Shown here piece after piece: positions 17,953 through 28,100 of a stretch of 64,000 nucleotides of DNA. A program made the position numbers and the translations under genes. Location of the stretch: positions 14,787 to 78,786 of the forward strand of contig JAKZUJ010000108.1 in the NCBI GenBank assembly GCA_047516685.1, written 5' to 3'. Each line of letters starts with the position of its first letter. The stretch's first letter is position 1. The stretch is from Chloroflexota bacterium (GTDB lineage Bacteria; Chloroflexota; UBA11872). The notes below the pieces were generated by a model, which was not told the origin of the DNA, searched no databases, and saw only the letters and a list, made by a program, of their open reading frames with translations.

Positions 17953-18098
17953 CCGAGTGGAGATCCGATGTCGCTGCGACAAGGGCTTTGGCCTTGCACT
18001 GGTTGGGTCGCCGATATTCCGGGTATGCACCGGATTGTCCTTGGTGACCTGTCTCCCACCCGTAGAATGGCGCTGATCGCCAAAAACGCATAGGCCGC

Positions 18099-18785
18099 AT
18101 GGCAAGTGAAAACAACGGCGCTGGCGGCGCCGACGATGAACCGCTTATCGAGGTCCAAGTCACGGACCATCGATCCGCATCAAGCGCCGACGCTGACGAA
18201 TCGTCCCCAGCTTCGGACGTAGCCGGCGCGGCTGAGCCGGTGACGGATGAACTGGAGGATCTGCGCGCGCAGGTCGCTCAGTTGGACGCCCGGCGGCAGG
18301 ATCTTCTCAATCGGCTGACCCGGGCGCAGGCCGACTTTGCGAACTATCGCCGGCGCACCACGGAAGAGGCGCAGGAAGTGGCCAAATTCGCCAATCAGGC
18401 CTTCGCTTTCCAGGCGCTGAGCGTTCTGGATGCCTTGGAACGGGCGTTCGCGTCGCTCCCGGCCGACTTGCGGCTGCTGACCTGGATCGACGGCATAGCA
18501 TTGATCCAGGCGCAGCTGAGCCGTGTGCTGGAAGCTGCCGGAGTCACCCCGATCGAGTGTCGGGCCGGCGACCAGGTCGACGTCCAAATCCACGAGGTCG
18601 TCATGACCGAAGGGGATGAGGCAACGGCAGTCGTCGCTGAAATGCAACGCGGCTACCGCATGCACGATCGGGTCATCCGGCCGGCGCTCATCAAGGCCGG
18701 ACCCGAGCCGGAGGCCAGCCAGCCCTCGGGTGATGATCCTGGGCTGATTGACCAGCCCCAGGGCGACGGCAGCGAGCACGCGTGA
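18099..18785 (+). CDS. grpE: nucleotide exchange factor GrpE
   Basis: Acidic N-terminus, coiled-coil (LEDLRAQVAQLDARRQDLLNRLTRAQADFANYRRR). C-terminal GrpE beta domain (GDQVDVQIHEVV ... GYRMHDRVIRPALI). Confidence 0.85.
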   Translation: MASENNGAGGADDEPLIEVQVTDHRSASSADADESSPASDVAGAAEPVTDELEDLRAQVAQLDARRQDLLNRLTRAQADFANYRRRTTEEAQEVAKFANQAFAFQALSVLDALERAFASLPADLRLLTWIDGIALIQAQLSRVLEAAGVTPIECRAGDQVDVQIHEVVMTEGDEATAVVAEMQRGYRMHDRVIRPALIKAGPEPEASQPSGDDPGLIDQPQGDGSEHA

Positions 18786-19888
18786 GCGCCAAGCCCGACT
18801 ATTACGACGTCCTGGGCGTTGAGCGCACGGCGGGGTCGGACGAGATTCGCAAGGCGTACCGTGACCTGGCCCGACGACATCACCCGGATGTCAGCCGCCA
18901 GCCTGACGCCACGGCGCGGTTTCAACAGATTAACGAGGCCTATGAGGTTCTGCGCGACGACGAGAAGCGCGCCAGCTATGACCGCCACGGCCACGGTGGT
19001 CCGGCGTCGGCCTTTGGGAGCGGATTCGATGACTTCGGCGGGATTGGCGACGTGTTCGACGCCTTTTTCGGCGGCGGACGCCGCTCACGGCCGGGCGCCG
19101 TTCAGCCCGGTACCGACGCCCGCGTTGAGCTTCAGCTCGAGTTTCTGGAGAGCGTCTTTGGCGTTGAGACAAGCGTTACCTATCGTCGTCTCGAGCCTTG
19201 CGGCACCTGTGCCGGAAGCGGCGCCGCGCCGGGAAGCGGGCCCATCACTTGCTCGGCCTGCCGAGGTTCGGGTCAGGTTCAACGCGCCCAGCGTTCGATC
19301 TTTGGTCAGTTCGTCAACGTCACCGCCTGCGACACGTGCGGCGGCGCGGGCCAGGTGGTCGAGAGCAAGTGCCCGGCTTGTACGAGCGTCGGGTTGGAGC
19401 GGGTTGAGATTCAGCGCAGTGTCAGGGTGCCCGCCGGTCTGCAACCTGGCACCGAACTTCGACTGACCGGCGAGGGCAATCACGGCCCGCGCGGCGGGGC
19501 GGCCGGGGACCTCTATATCGGAATCGATGTTGCGCCCCATCCCGTGTTGGAGCGCGACGGCGACAACATTCTGAGCAATGTCGTAGTCAACATTGCCGAG
19601 GCGGCGTTGGGCGCCAAACTCGACGTGGAGACGGCGGACGGTCCCGCCAGCGTCAATATTCCAGCCGGCATTCAGGCCGGCACGCCGATCCGAATGCGTG
19701 GCAAGGGCGTGCCGCGAGTCCGGGGGACGGGACGGGGCGACCACTACTTATTTGTTCATGTGGCTACGCCCACCAAGCTGAGCCGAAAGCAGCGCGGGAT
19801 GCTTGAAGGTCTGCGTGAAACCCTGCCCGGCGGCAGCGATTCGGACGGGCGCGGTTTTGTGGAGAAAGTCCGGGCGGCGTTTCGGTGA
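18782..19888 (+). CDS. dnaJ: chaperone DnaJ
   Basis: J-domain YYDVLGV ... HPD. G/F-rich region. Four CxxCxGxG zinc-finger repeats (CGTCAGSG, CSACRGSG, CDTCGGAG, CPACTSVG). C-terminal substrate-binding domains. Confidence 0.9.
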   Translation: MSAKPDYYDVLGVERTAGSDEIRKAYRDLARRHHPDVSRQPDATARFQQINEAYEVLRDDEKRASYDRHGHGGPASAFGSGFDDFGGIGDVFDAFFGGGRRSRPGAVQPGTDARVELQLEFLESVFGVETSVTYRRLEPCGTCAGSGAAPGSGPITCSACRGSGQVQRAQRSIFGQFVNVTACDTCGGAGQVVESKCPACTSVGLERVEIQRSVRVPAGLQPGTELRLTGEGNHGPRGGAAGDLYIGIDVAPHPVLERDGDNILSNVVVNIAEAALGAKLDVETADGPASVNIPAGIQAGTPIRMRGKGVPRVRGTGRGDHYLFVHVATPTKLSRKQRGMLEGLRETLPGGSDSDGRGFVEKVRAAFR

Positions 19889-20826
19889 GCCACCAATGGT
19901 CGGCCATTAGCGTTCCGATGCAGCCGGAGGCTCTGGACGACGTATCGACGGCGCTCGAGCGATTGGTCGGACCAGATTTCGCGGTGGAGACGCGGCCGCG
20001 GCCGAAGCCGGGAGGCTGGCCGGTCACCGCGCGTGCCTACCTGGCCCCTGGGGATGGACAGGACGCCGCTCGGCTCGAGGTATTGCGAGCGCTCGAAATG
20101 TTGCGAATTGCCGGCGCGGGCGCCGTAGGCGCGGCGTCCGAGGAGTTCGTGGACGCCGACGCGTATCACACGCGCTGGCGGGCGTTTTACTCGCCGCTCG
20201 CGGTTGGACGGCGTCTCGCGATCATTCCTGCCTGGCTGGAACAGCCAGAGGCGCAGGCCGGGCGGATTCCGATTTTTCTCGATTCGGCAATGGCGTTCGG
20301 TACGGGGCGCCACCCGACGACCCGGCTTGCTCTGGAGGCGTTGGAAGCCTCGCTCGAGCCTGGAGATGTGGTTGCTGACGTGGGAACCGGATCCGGCGTG
20401 CTGGCGATTGCGGCGGTCAAGCTGGGCGCCGCGCGCGTCTACGCTTTCGACCGGGATTCCCAGGCCGGCCCGGCGGCTTCAGCAAACGTCAGCCGAAACG
20501 GCGTATCGGATCGGGTCCGACTGACAATCCCCAGCACGGCCCTGACCGCGCCCGAGCCCGCGACGCTCGTGGTTGCCAACATCGTGGCTTCGGTGCACCT
20601 GAACCTGATGAAGGCGTATGCCGCTCTGCTGACGTCGCCTGGACGACTGCTGCTGGGCGGAGTGATGAGTGACCGCGTCGCCGAGGTGGTCGCCGCGGCC
20701 CGGCGGTTCGGTTTCAGGTTGAGCTCCACGATGGCCGCCGAGGAATGGCGACTTCTCTCCTTCACGACAGAGGCGCCGGCGACCGCCCAGCCAGCGGAGC
20801 AAGCCATGCAAGGACGAACCCCGTGA
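19885..20826 (+). CDS. prmA: ribosomal protein L11 methyltransferase
   Basis: SAM-binding motif DVGTGSGVLAIAA. PrmA N-terminal domain. Typical dnaJ-prmA linkage. Confidence 0.85.
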   Translation: MSHQWSAISVPMQPEALDDVSTALERLVGPDFAVETRPRPKPGGWPVTARAYLAPGDGQDAARLEVLRALEMLRIAGAGAVGAASEEFVDADAYHTRWRAFYSPLAVGRRLAIIPAWLEQPEAQAGRIPIFLDSAMAFGTGRHPTTRLALEALEASLEPGDVVADVGTGSGVLAIAAVKLGAARVYAFDRDSQAGPAASANVSRNGVSDRVRLTIPSTALTAPEPATLVVANIVASVHLNLMKAYAALLTSPGRLLLGGVMSDRVAEVVAAARRFGFRLSSTMAAEEWRLLSFTTEAPATAQPAEQAMQGRTP

Positions 20827-21182
20827 CTGCCGCCTCATCCGCGAGCGACTGCATCTTCTGCGCCATCGCCCGCGGCGACATACCTAGTGATCAGGTCTAT
20901 GCGGACGACCATGTGGTTGCCTTCCGCGACATCAACGCGCAGGCGCCGACGCACATACTGGTCGCCCCTCGTCGGCACGTGGCGAGCGTGGACGCGCTTA
21001 GCGACGATCAAGAGTTGCTGGGTCGGGTGATGGCCGTCGCGGTAACGGTGGCGCAGGCCGAGGATCTCGCCGAGTCCGGCTATCGGCTCGCGACCAACCA
21101 CGGTCGCGACGGAGCACAGACCGTTCCGCACCTGCATGTGCACGTGCTGGGAGGTCGAGCGTTGAGTGGCCAGCTCGGCTAG
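20823..21182 (+). CDS. HIT-family (histidine triad) nucleotide hydrolase
   Basis: ORF-track 20745..21182 is an upstream extension. GTG 20823 (GTGA overlap with prmA stop). CIFCAI motif. Histidine triad HLHVHVLGG. Confidence 0.8.
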   Translation: MTAASSASDCIFCAIARGDIPSDQVYADDHVVAFRDINAQAPTHILVAPRRHVASVDALSDDQELLGRVMAVAVTVAQAEDLAESGYRLATNHGRDGAQTVPHLHVHVLGGRALSGQLG

Positions 21183-21309
21183 CGTCAGTCCGGCTATCGC
21201 TCGGCATGCAGGCTGCGACCGCGGTTCAATGGGTGATCCAACGAATCCATCGGTCAGCCGTTCGAATTACGACTGCATTGCGTCAGCGGCTATGACGCCG
21301 CACTGTGTG

Positions 21310-21318
21310 TGGTATGAT
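21310..21318 (+). promoter_or_regulatory. candidate extended -10 promoter element TGgTATGAT in the rpoB upstream region
   Basis: TGGTATGAT at 21310-21318. AT-rich island in high-GC DNA. An alternative TTACGA-N18-TATGAC lies at 21267-21296. Confidence 0.3.
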
Positions 21319-21383
21319 GCCGACAACGTGGGAGTGTCCGAATAGCCGCGCGGCCGCGACTCAATTGAATAGCCGTAACCCAT

Positions 21384-21410
21384 CCGGTGCGTGCACCGGT
21401 TGGGTTTTTG
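21384..21410 (+). terminator. candidate intrinsic terminator/attenuator hairpin with T-tract
   Basis: CCGGTGC-gt-GCACCGG perfect 7-bp inverted repeat at 21384-21399. Followed by TTGGGTTTTTG. A U-run this long is rare in this GC-rich sequence. Confidence 0.35.
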
Positions 21411-21441
21411 CGCCTTGTGGAAAAAAGGGCACCTTGTCGAA

Positions 21442-21477
21442 AACGGATGTGACGCGGTCAATAACGGATGTGACGCG
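21442..21477 (+). promoter_or_regulatory. tandem direct repeat 2 x AACGGATGTGACGCG (21-nt period), candidate transcription-factor site in rpoB leader
   Basis: Identical 15-mers at 21442-21456 and 21463-21477. Each contains a TGTGA core. Confidence 0.3.
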
Positions 21478-21656
21478 CTGACGCAGCATTTTCTTCAGGT
21501 TCTGGTGACGCCCGTGGGTTGCGCGCGTTGGCCCACTGCGTCAAGTCAACCGTCCCACGTCTGGCTATACGTAGGCACAGGCGCCGTGCGCCGTCGCGGC
21601 GGCTTTTCCGGCCGCTGTCGATTCCTCTCGCCGGGGCACGAAGGAGCAGGCGATTC

Positions 21657-24600
21657 ATGATTTCAAACGGCACGAATTCGAGCTTCCCCGAACGGTCCTA
21701 CGGAAATGCGCCCAGCATCCTCGAGATGCCGCACCTCGTCTCGACGCAGATCGAGTCGTTCGAACGGTTCAGGAACGAATACCTGCGGGAACTGTTCGCC
21801 GAGATTTCGCCCATTCAGGACTTCACCGGGAAGAACCTCGAACTCCACTTCGAAGTGCCGGACGACGCGTTCGACCAGCCGAAGTACAACGAAGAAGAGT
21901 GCCGCGAGCAGGACCGGACCTATCAAGCGCCCCTGCGAGTGAAGGCGCGTCTGCACAACAAGCAGACTGGCGAGATCAAGGAAATGGTCGTGTACATGGG
22001 TGACTTCCCGCTCATGACGCGCCAGGGAACATTCATCTACAACGGGGCTGAGCGCGTGGTTGTGAGCCAGCTCATGCGCTCGCCCGGCGTCTACTTCTCA
22101 GCCGAGAGCGACCCTTCGACCGGCCGGCGCCGCTTCGGCGCCAAGCTCATTCCGAAGCGTGGCGCCTGGCTGGAGTTTGAGACGAGCAACCAGTCCATCA
22201 TCAACGTCAAGATCGACCGCAAGCGCAAGCTGACGGTTACCACATTCCTGCGCGCCATTGAACCGAAACTGGGCGAGGACGCCGCGCTGGTGGAGGCGTT
22301 CGCCGACGTGGACAGCGATCCGGAGCACCGCTACATCGAGTCGACCATCGGTACTGCCGAGAGCCGTCGCGATCTGGCTTTCAGCACGGAAGACGGCCTG
22401 ATTGAGCTGTACCACCGGCTGCGCCCGGGCGACCCGGCTACGGTTGACAACTCGCGCTCGCTCATCGAGCAGACCTTTTTCAACATTCGTCGCTACGACC
22501 TGGGACCCGTCGGGCGCTACAAGCTCAACAAGCGCCTCGGTCTCGAGACCGAAGAGACCACGCGCACGCTCCAGCCAGCGGACCTGGTGGCCATCGTGCG
22601 CGAGATCGTTCGCCTCAACGTCACGCAGGGCATTCCCGATCACATCGACCACCTGGGCAACCGTCGCGTGCGCGCCGTCGGCGAGCTCCTGGCTGATCAG
22701 TTCCGCGTCGGTCTGCTGCGCATGGAGCGCGTGATTAAAGAGCGGATGAGCATCCAGAACGCCGCTGAAGCCACGCCCTCCGGGCTTATCAACACCCGGC
22801 CGGTGACCGCCGCGGTCAAGGAATTCTTTGGCGGGAGCCAACTGTCGCAGTTCATGGATCAGGCCAACCCGATGGCGGAACTCGCCCACAAGCGGCGGCT
22901 TAGCGCCATGGGGCCGGGCGGCCTCTCGCGCGAGCGCGCCGGATTTGACGTGCGCGACGTGCATTACAGCCACTACGGGCGGGTTTGTCCCATCGAGACT
23001 CCTGAAGGCCCGAATATCGGCCTCATTAACACGCTCGCGACGCTCGCGCGGGTGAACTCCTATGGCTTTATCGAAACGCCCTACCGTCGCGTGATCACGC
23101 GCGTGCCAGCCACGGACGCCGCCGGGCTGGTTGGCCGCTCGGTGGCCGAAGCCTTCGGTTCTAACGGCGAAGGCGAGCCATTGGCGCAGGTCGGCGATGT
23201 GATTGACGAAGCCCTCGCGGCGGCTATTGGCCAGGTTGAGGGCGGCGACAAACTGGATGTTCGCATCCGTCCAGTGGTCACGACCGAGATCGAATACCTG
23301 GCCGCGGACGAAGAAGAGCGCCACACGATTGCCCAGGCCAAGACTCAACTGAATGCGAAGAGCGAAATCGAAGTGGACCGAGTCTCGGTTCGCAAAGGAC
23401 CGAACTTCTACGAGGCGGACGCGGCTGATGTCGAGTATCTGGACTCGTCCCCGCAGCAGATTGTCAGCCTGGCGACGGCCATGATTCCGTTTCTCGAACA
23501 CGACGACGCCAACCGCGCGCTGATGGGCGCCAACATGCAGCGGCAAGCCGTTCCGTTGATCAAGCCGGTGGCCCCACTGGTGGCCACGGGCATGGAGAGA
23601 GTCAGCGCGCGCGACTGCGGGCACATGGTACTGGCCGCTGCCGGCGGTCAGGTGACCCGTACTACCGCTCGTGAGATCGCTGTCGACCAGGGCGATGACG
23701 GCGGGGAGCGCATCTACCGGCTACGTAAGTTCGAGCGATCCAACACCGCCACGTGCATCAGCCAGCGGCCAGTTGTGGCCATCGGCGACCGCGTGGAGGC
23801 CGGGCAGGCGATCGCCGAGAGCATGGCCACGGCCGACGGCATGATCTCGTTGGGCCAGAACATCGTGGTCGCGTTTATGTTCTGGGAAGGCGGGAACTAC
23901 GAGGACGCCATTGTCGTCAGCGAGCGTTTGCTCAAGGACGACGTGTTCAGCTCCATTCACATCGAGAAGTACGAAGTCGAGGCTCGCGACACGAAGTTGG
24001 GGGCTGAGGAGATAACGCGCGACATTCCAAATCAGAACGAGGAGGCCCTGCGAAACCTCGACGACACCGGCGTCGTTTACGTTGGAGCCGAGGTCGGACC
24101 CGACGACGTTCTGGTCGGAAAGATCACGCCCAAGGGTGAAACCGAACTCTCGGGCGAGGACCGCCTGCTCCGCGCCATCTTTGGACGCGACGCGCGCGAA
24201 GTGAAGGACACGTCGAAGCACGTGCCGGCCGGCGAATATGGCCGCGTAATTGACGTCCGCCGATTCTCGGCCGAGGCGGGCGACGACCTTCAGGCCGGTG
24301 TGACCGAGATGATCCGGGTCAGCGTTGCCTCGAAGCGCAAGCTGATGGTCGGCGACAAGATGGCCGGCCGCCACGGCAATAAAGGCGTGATCTCGATGAT
24401 CCTGCCTGAAGAGGACATGCCCTACCTGGCGGACGGCACTCCGGTTGACATCATTCTCAACCCTCTGGGCGTCGCGTCCCGCATGAACGTGGGGCAGACG
24501 TTGGAAACGCACCTGGGCTGGGCCGCCGACAAGCTCGGCTTTCGCGCCATTAGCCCGGTGTTCGACAGCGCGGACGAGGACGACATTGCGGCCGCGCTCG

Positions 24601-25124
24601 AAGAGGCTGATTTGCCGAGCAATGGCAAGGCGGTGCTCTACGACGGTCGCACCGGCGAGCGGTTTGACCAGGAAGTGACCGTTGGCATCATCTACATGAT
24701 GAAGCTTGGCCACATGGTGGATGACAAGATCCACGCCCGGTCCACCGGTCCGTACTCGCTCATCACTCAGCAGCCCCTGGGAGGCAAGGCCCAGATGGGC
24801 GGACAGCGGTTTGGTGAGATGGAAGTTTGGGCGCTCGAAGCCTACGGCGCCGCCCACACGCTTCAGGAAATGCTCACGGTGAAGTCGGACGACATTCTTG
24901 GCCGTGTCAAGACCTATGAAGCCATTGTGAAGGGCGAGACCATCCTCGAGCCCGGCATCCCGGAGTCGTTCCGGGTGCTGGTGAAGGAACTTCAGAGCCT
25001 TGGCGTTTCCGTGGACATTCTCGACGACGCCGAGGAAGAAATCGCGCTGGTCGGCGAACACATGCACGACCAGCTGCCCGACCTGGATGGCATCAACATC
25101 CAGGGACGTGAATACCGTCTCTAG
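21657..25124 (+). CDS. rpoB: DNA-directed RNA polymerase subunit beta
   Basis: ORF-track 21519..25124. ATG 21657 preceded by AAGGAG (21641-21646). Conserved beta blocks throughout ([24 protein letters not shown]-equivalent regions, GRHGNKGV). Confidence 0.95.
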   Translation: MISNGTNSSFPERSYGNAPSILEMPHLVSTQIESFERFRNEYLRELFAEISPIQDFTGKNLELHFEVPDDAFDQPKYNEEECREQDRTYQAPLRVKARLHNKQTGEIKEMVVYMGDFPLMTRQGTFIYNGAERVVVSQLMRSPGVYFSAESDPSTGRRRFGAKLIPKRGAWLEFETSNQSIINVKIDRKRKLTVTTFLRAIEPKLGEDAALVEAFADVDSDPEHRYIESTIGTAESRRDLAFSTEDGLIELYHRLRPGDPATVDNSRSLIEQTFFNIRRYDLGPVGRYKLNKRLGLETEETTRTLQPADLVAIVREIVRLNVTQGIPDHIDHLGNRRVRAVGELLADQFRVGLLRMERVIKERMSIQNAAEATPSGLINTRPVTAAVKEFFGGSQLSQFMDQANPMAELAHKRRLSAMGPGGLSRERAGFDVRDVHYSHYGRVCPIETPEGPNIGLINTLATLARVNSYGFIETPYRRVITRVPATDAAGLVGRSVAEAFGSNGEGEPLAQVGDVIDEALAAAIGQVEGGDKLDVRIRPVVTTEIEYLAADEEERHTIAQAKTQLNAKSEIEVDRVSVRKGPNFYEADAADVEYLDSSPQQIVSLATAMIPFLEHDDANRALMGANMQRQAVPLIKPVAPLVATGMERVSARDCGHMVLAAAGGQVTRTTAREIAVDQGDDGGERIYRLRKFERSNTATCISQRPVVAIGDRVEAGQAIAESMATADGMISLGQNIVVAFMFWEGGNYEDAIVVSERLLKDDVFSSIHIEKYEVEARDTKLGAEEITRDIPNQNEEALRNLDDTGVVYVGAEVGPDDVLVGKITPKGETELSGEDRLLRAIFGRDAREVKDTSKHVPAGEYGRVIDVRRFSAEAGDDLQAGVTEMIRVSVASKRKLMVGDKMAGRHGNKGVISMILPEEDMPYLADGTPVDIILNPLGVASRMNVGQTLETHLGWAADKLGFRAISPVFDSADEDDIAAALEEADLPSNGKAVLYDGRTGERFDQEVTVGIIYMMKLGHMVDDKIHARSTGPYSLITQQPLGGKAQMGGQRFGEMEVWALEAYGAAHTLQEMLTVKSDDILGRVKTYEAIVKGETILEPGIPESFRVLVKELQSLGVSVDILDDAEEEIALVGEHMHDQLPDLDGINIQGREYRL

Positions 25125-25138
25125 GAGGACCCGAACGA

Positions 25139-28100
25139 ATGCTTGAGGTCAACAAGTTCAGCGCGATTCGGATCCATCTGGCGTCGCCTGACCAGGTTCG
25201 ATCCTGGTCATACGGCGAGGTTGCGAAGCCGGAGACCATCAACTACCGCACGCTCAAGCCCGAGCGCGACGGCCTGTTCTGCGAGCGTATTTTCGGTCCG
25301 ACCAAGGACTGGGAATGCGCCTGCGGCAAGTACAAGCGCGTGCGCTTTCGCGGCATCATCTGCGACAAGTGCGGCGTTGAGGTCACCCGATCGCGAGTCC
25401 GGCGCGAGCGGATGGGTCACATTGAACTGGCTGCGCCGATCACCCACATCTGGTTTCTCAAGGGCACTCCCAGTCGCATTGGGCAAGTGCTCGATATCAC
25501 GCCGCGCGACCTCGAGAAGATTGTCTACTTCGCCTCATTCATTGTGTCGGATCTGGACGAGGCGGCGCGCGACGAGGCGCTTGGCCGGGTTGATCGAGAC
25601 CTGGCCGACTACATCGAGGAAATCGAAGATTCGGCGGCCTTGCGTCTGACAGATGAGCAGCAGCGTTTGGAAGATCAGCTCGCCCAACTCGAGTCCCAGC
25701 TCGACGATGAACTGACGCGCCTGGACATTGAGGCGCAGGCCAGCGTCGAGTCCGCCAACAAGGAGACGGCGACCCTCCGCAACCTGCTGGCGGTCGTCGG
25801 CCAGCGCAAGCTCGAAGTCGACGCTACCTTGAGTTGGTTGAGCGAGCCCTTCGTCGCCGCGGGCGACGTGCCGCCGGAGGATGCGCTGGGGCAGCTTGAT
25901 GCGGCGGCCGAAGCGGCGACCGCCGAAGTGACCGCCCGTTTTGAGGCCGAAAAGGCCAGCGCTCGCGACCGCTTCAACGCCACCAAGGCCGCCGAGCGAC
26001 GCGAGAGCGAACAGGCCGTGGCCCGCATCGAAGAGGATAGGGTTCGGGACATCGGCGACGCTCGCGAGTTCTATGAAGAGCGCCGCAAGGACCTGAGCAC
26101 GCTGGAGCTACGCCAGCTACTCTCAGAACCTCGTCACCAGGACTTAACTCGCACCTGCGGCGATGTGTTGGACGCGGCCGGTCGGGTGCGGCATCCGAGC
26201 ATCTTCGAGGCCGGAATCGGCGCGGAAGCGGTGCGCGAACTCATTGCCAACGTCGACCTGGACGAACTGGCCGAGTTTCTGCGCGAGGAGTTGGAAGCCA
26301 ACTCCATCCAGCGCCGCAAGAAGGCCGCCAAGCGGCTCAAGGTTGTGGAGGCGTTCCGGCGTTCCCGCAACCAGCCGGAGTGGATGATCCTGAACGTCCT
26401 GCCCGTGCTGCCGCCCGAATTGCGGCCCATGGTGCAGTTGGACGGCGGGCGCTTTGCCACCAGCGACCTGAACGATCTCTATCGCCGGGTGATCAACCGC
26501 AACAACCGGCTCAAGCGGCTGGTTGAGTTGGGCGCGCCAGAAATCATTGTGCGCAACGAGAAGCGCATGCTTCAGGAAGCCGTGGACGCGCTGATCGACA
26601 ACGGACGTCGCGGCCGCGCCGTGACAGGCTCATCCAATCATCCGTACAAGTCACTGAGCGACCTCTTGCGCGGCAAGCAGGGCCGGTTCAGGCAGAACCT
26701 CCTGGGTAAGCGCGTGGACTACTCCGGCCGTTCGGTGATCGTGGTGGGTCCGCATCTCAATCTGAACCAGTGCGGCCTGCCCACCAAGATGGCCCTGGAG
26801 CTATTCAAGCCCTTCGTCATGCGCAAGCTCGTGGATGACGGGCACGCCAGCAACATCAAGAGTGCCAAACGAATGGTCGAGCATCCGGAGCCGTTGGTTT
26901 GGGACGCGCTGGAGGAAGTTACGCGCAACCATCCGGTGCTGCTCAACAGGGCTCCGACTCTGCACCGGCTGGGGATCCAGGCATTCGACATCGTGCTGGT
27001 CCGCGGCAGTGCCATCCAGATTCACCCTCTGGTATGCACGGCCTTCAACGCCGACTTCGATGGCGACCAGATGGCCGTCCACGTGCCGCTCAGCCGGGCG
27101 GCTCAGGACGAAGCCCGCAACATTATGAAGAGCACCCACAACATCCTGTCTCCGGCGGACGGAACCCCCATCGTCAGCCCCACGAAGGACATGGTGCTGG
27201 GCGCGTATTACCTGACCGAAGTCAGCGAAGGCGCCCATGGCGAAGGCAAGCTGTTGGCCAATTTTGCCGACGCCGTTCTTGCCTTCGAGCACGGTGCGGT
27301 GAACCTCCAGGCTCCTATTCGCCTGCGCGTTACACCCGAGGACTTTCCTGTGGAGGCCATGGGTCCGGATGGTCCTACCTCCATCGTGACCACCATCGGC
27401 CGCATCATTCTGAACCAGGCCATTCCGCGAGAACTCCGCTTCGTCAACGAACGCCTGGACAAAGGCGCTCTGCGGCGCGTGATCGAGATGGTCTTCTACA
27501 GCACCGACATGGAGGTTACGGGCGATGTCGCCAATAACCTTAAGAACCTGGGTATGCACTGGGCCACGCGCTCGGGCGTGACCATGGGGATCAAGGATCT
27601 CGAGATCCCCGAGGTCAAGCACCAGGTTGAGAAGGAAACGGATGCGCGGGTCAGCGGAATCAGGGCCAGCTACGAAAACGGTCTGATTACCAATGACGAG
27701 CGCTACCGGCTCACGGTCAAGGCCTGGACCGACGCCATGGCCACGGTTTCCAGTTCCGTTGAGGAGAGCATGGATCAGATGAGCCCCGTCTTCATGATGG
27801 GCAACTCAGGCGCGGCCAAGGGCAACTTTGACCAGATCCGGCAGATTTCCGGCATGCGTGGGCTGATGTCGAACCCTTCCGGCCGAATCATCGAGATGCC
27901 AGTGCGCGCAAATTTCCGGGAAGGCATGTCCGCGCACGAGTACTTCATCTCCACGCACGGCGGGCGCAAGGGGCTGGCCGACACGGCCCTGCGCACAGCC
28001 GACAGCGGCTATCTCACACGCCGTCTTGTGGATGTGGCTCAGGATGTGATTGTGATGAGCCGCGATTGCGGCACGCTCGCAGGCGTTCCCGTCGAGGTCG

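Noticed and set aside
17953-18098. Looked for CIRCE/HAIR heat-shock operators upstream of grpE. Best partial match is cttgcactg at about 17993.
   Set aside because: Only 6/9 match to the left CIRCE arm and no right arm. Not credible.
21255-21275. tRNA-like T-loop sequence GTTCGAATT
   Set aside because: No flanking acceptor or T-stem complementarity. Not a tRNA.
21442-21477. Possible CRISPR-like repeat (two identical 15-mers)
   Set aside because: Only two copies, 6-nt spacer, no cas genes. Better explained as a tandem regulatory site.
21519-21656. Upstream extensions of ORF-track entries. They affect rpoB, fusA (30720), rpmC (38338), rpmD (42572), rplM (49715), HIT (20745), GT2 (12400), WbaP (13545), rmlD (5927), scpB (to 51536), the enolase-family gene (to 63381), FAH (60989), the GNAT (to 1751) and the Tat lipoprotein (to 4457).
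   Set aside because: Each extension runs through the preceding gene or lacks homology. Conserved N-termini and RBS positions indicate the internal starts given in the feature list.
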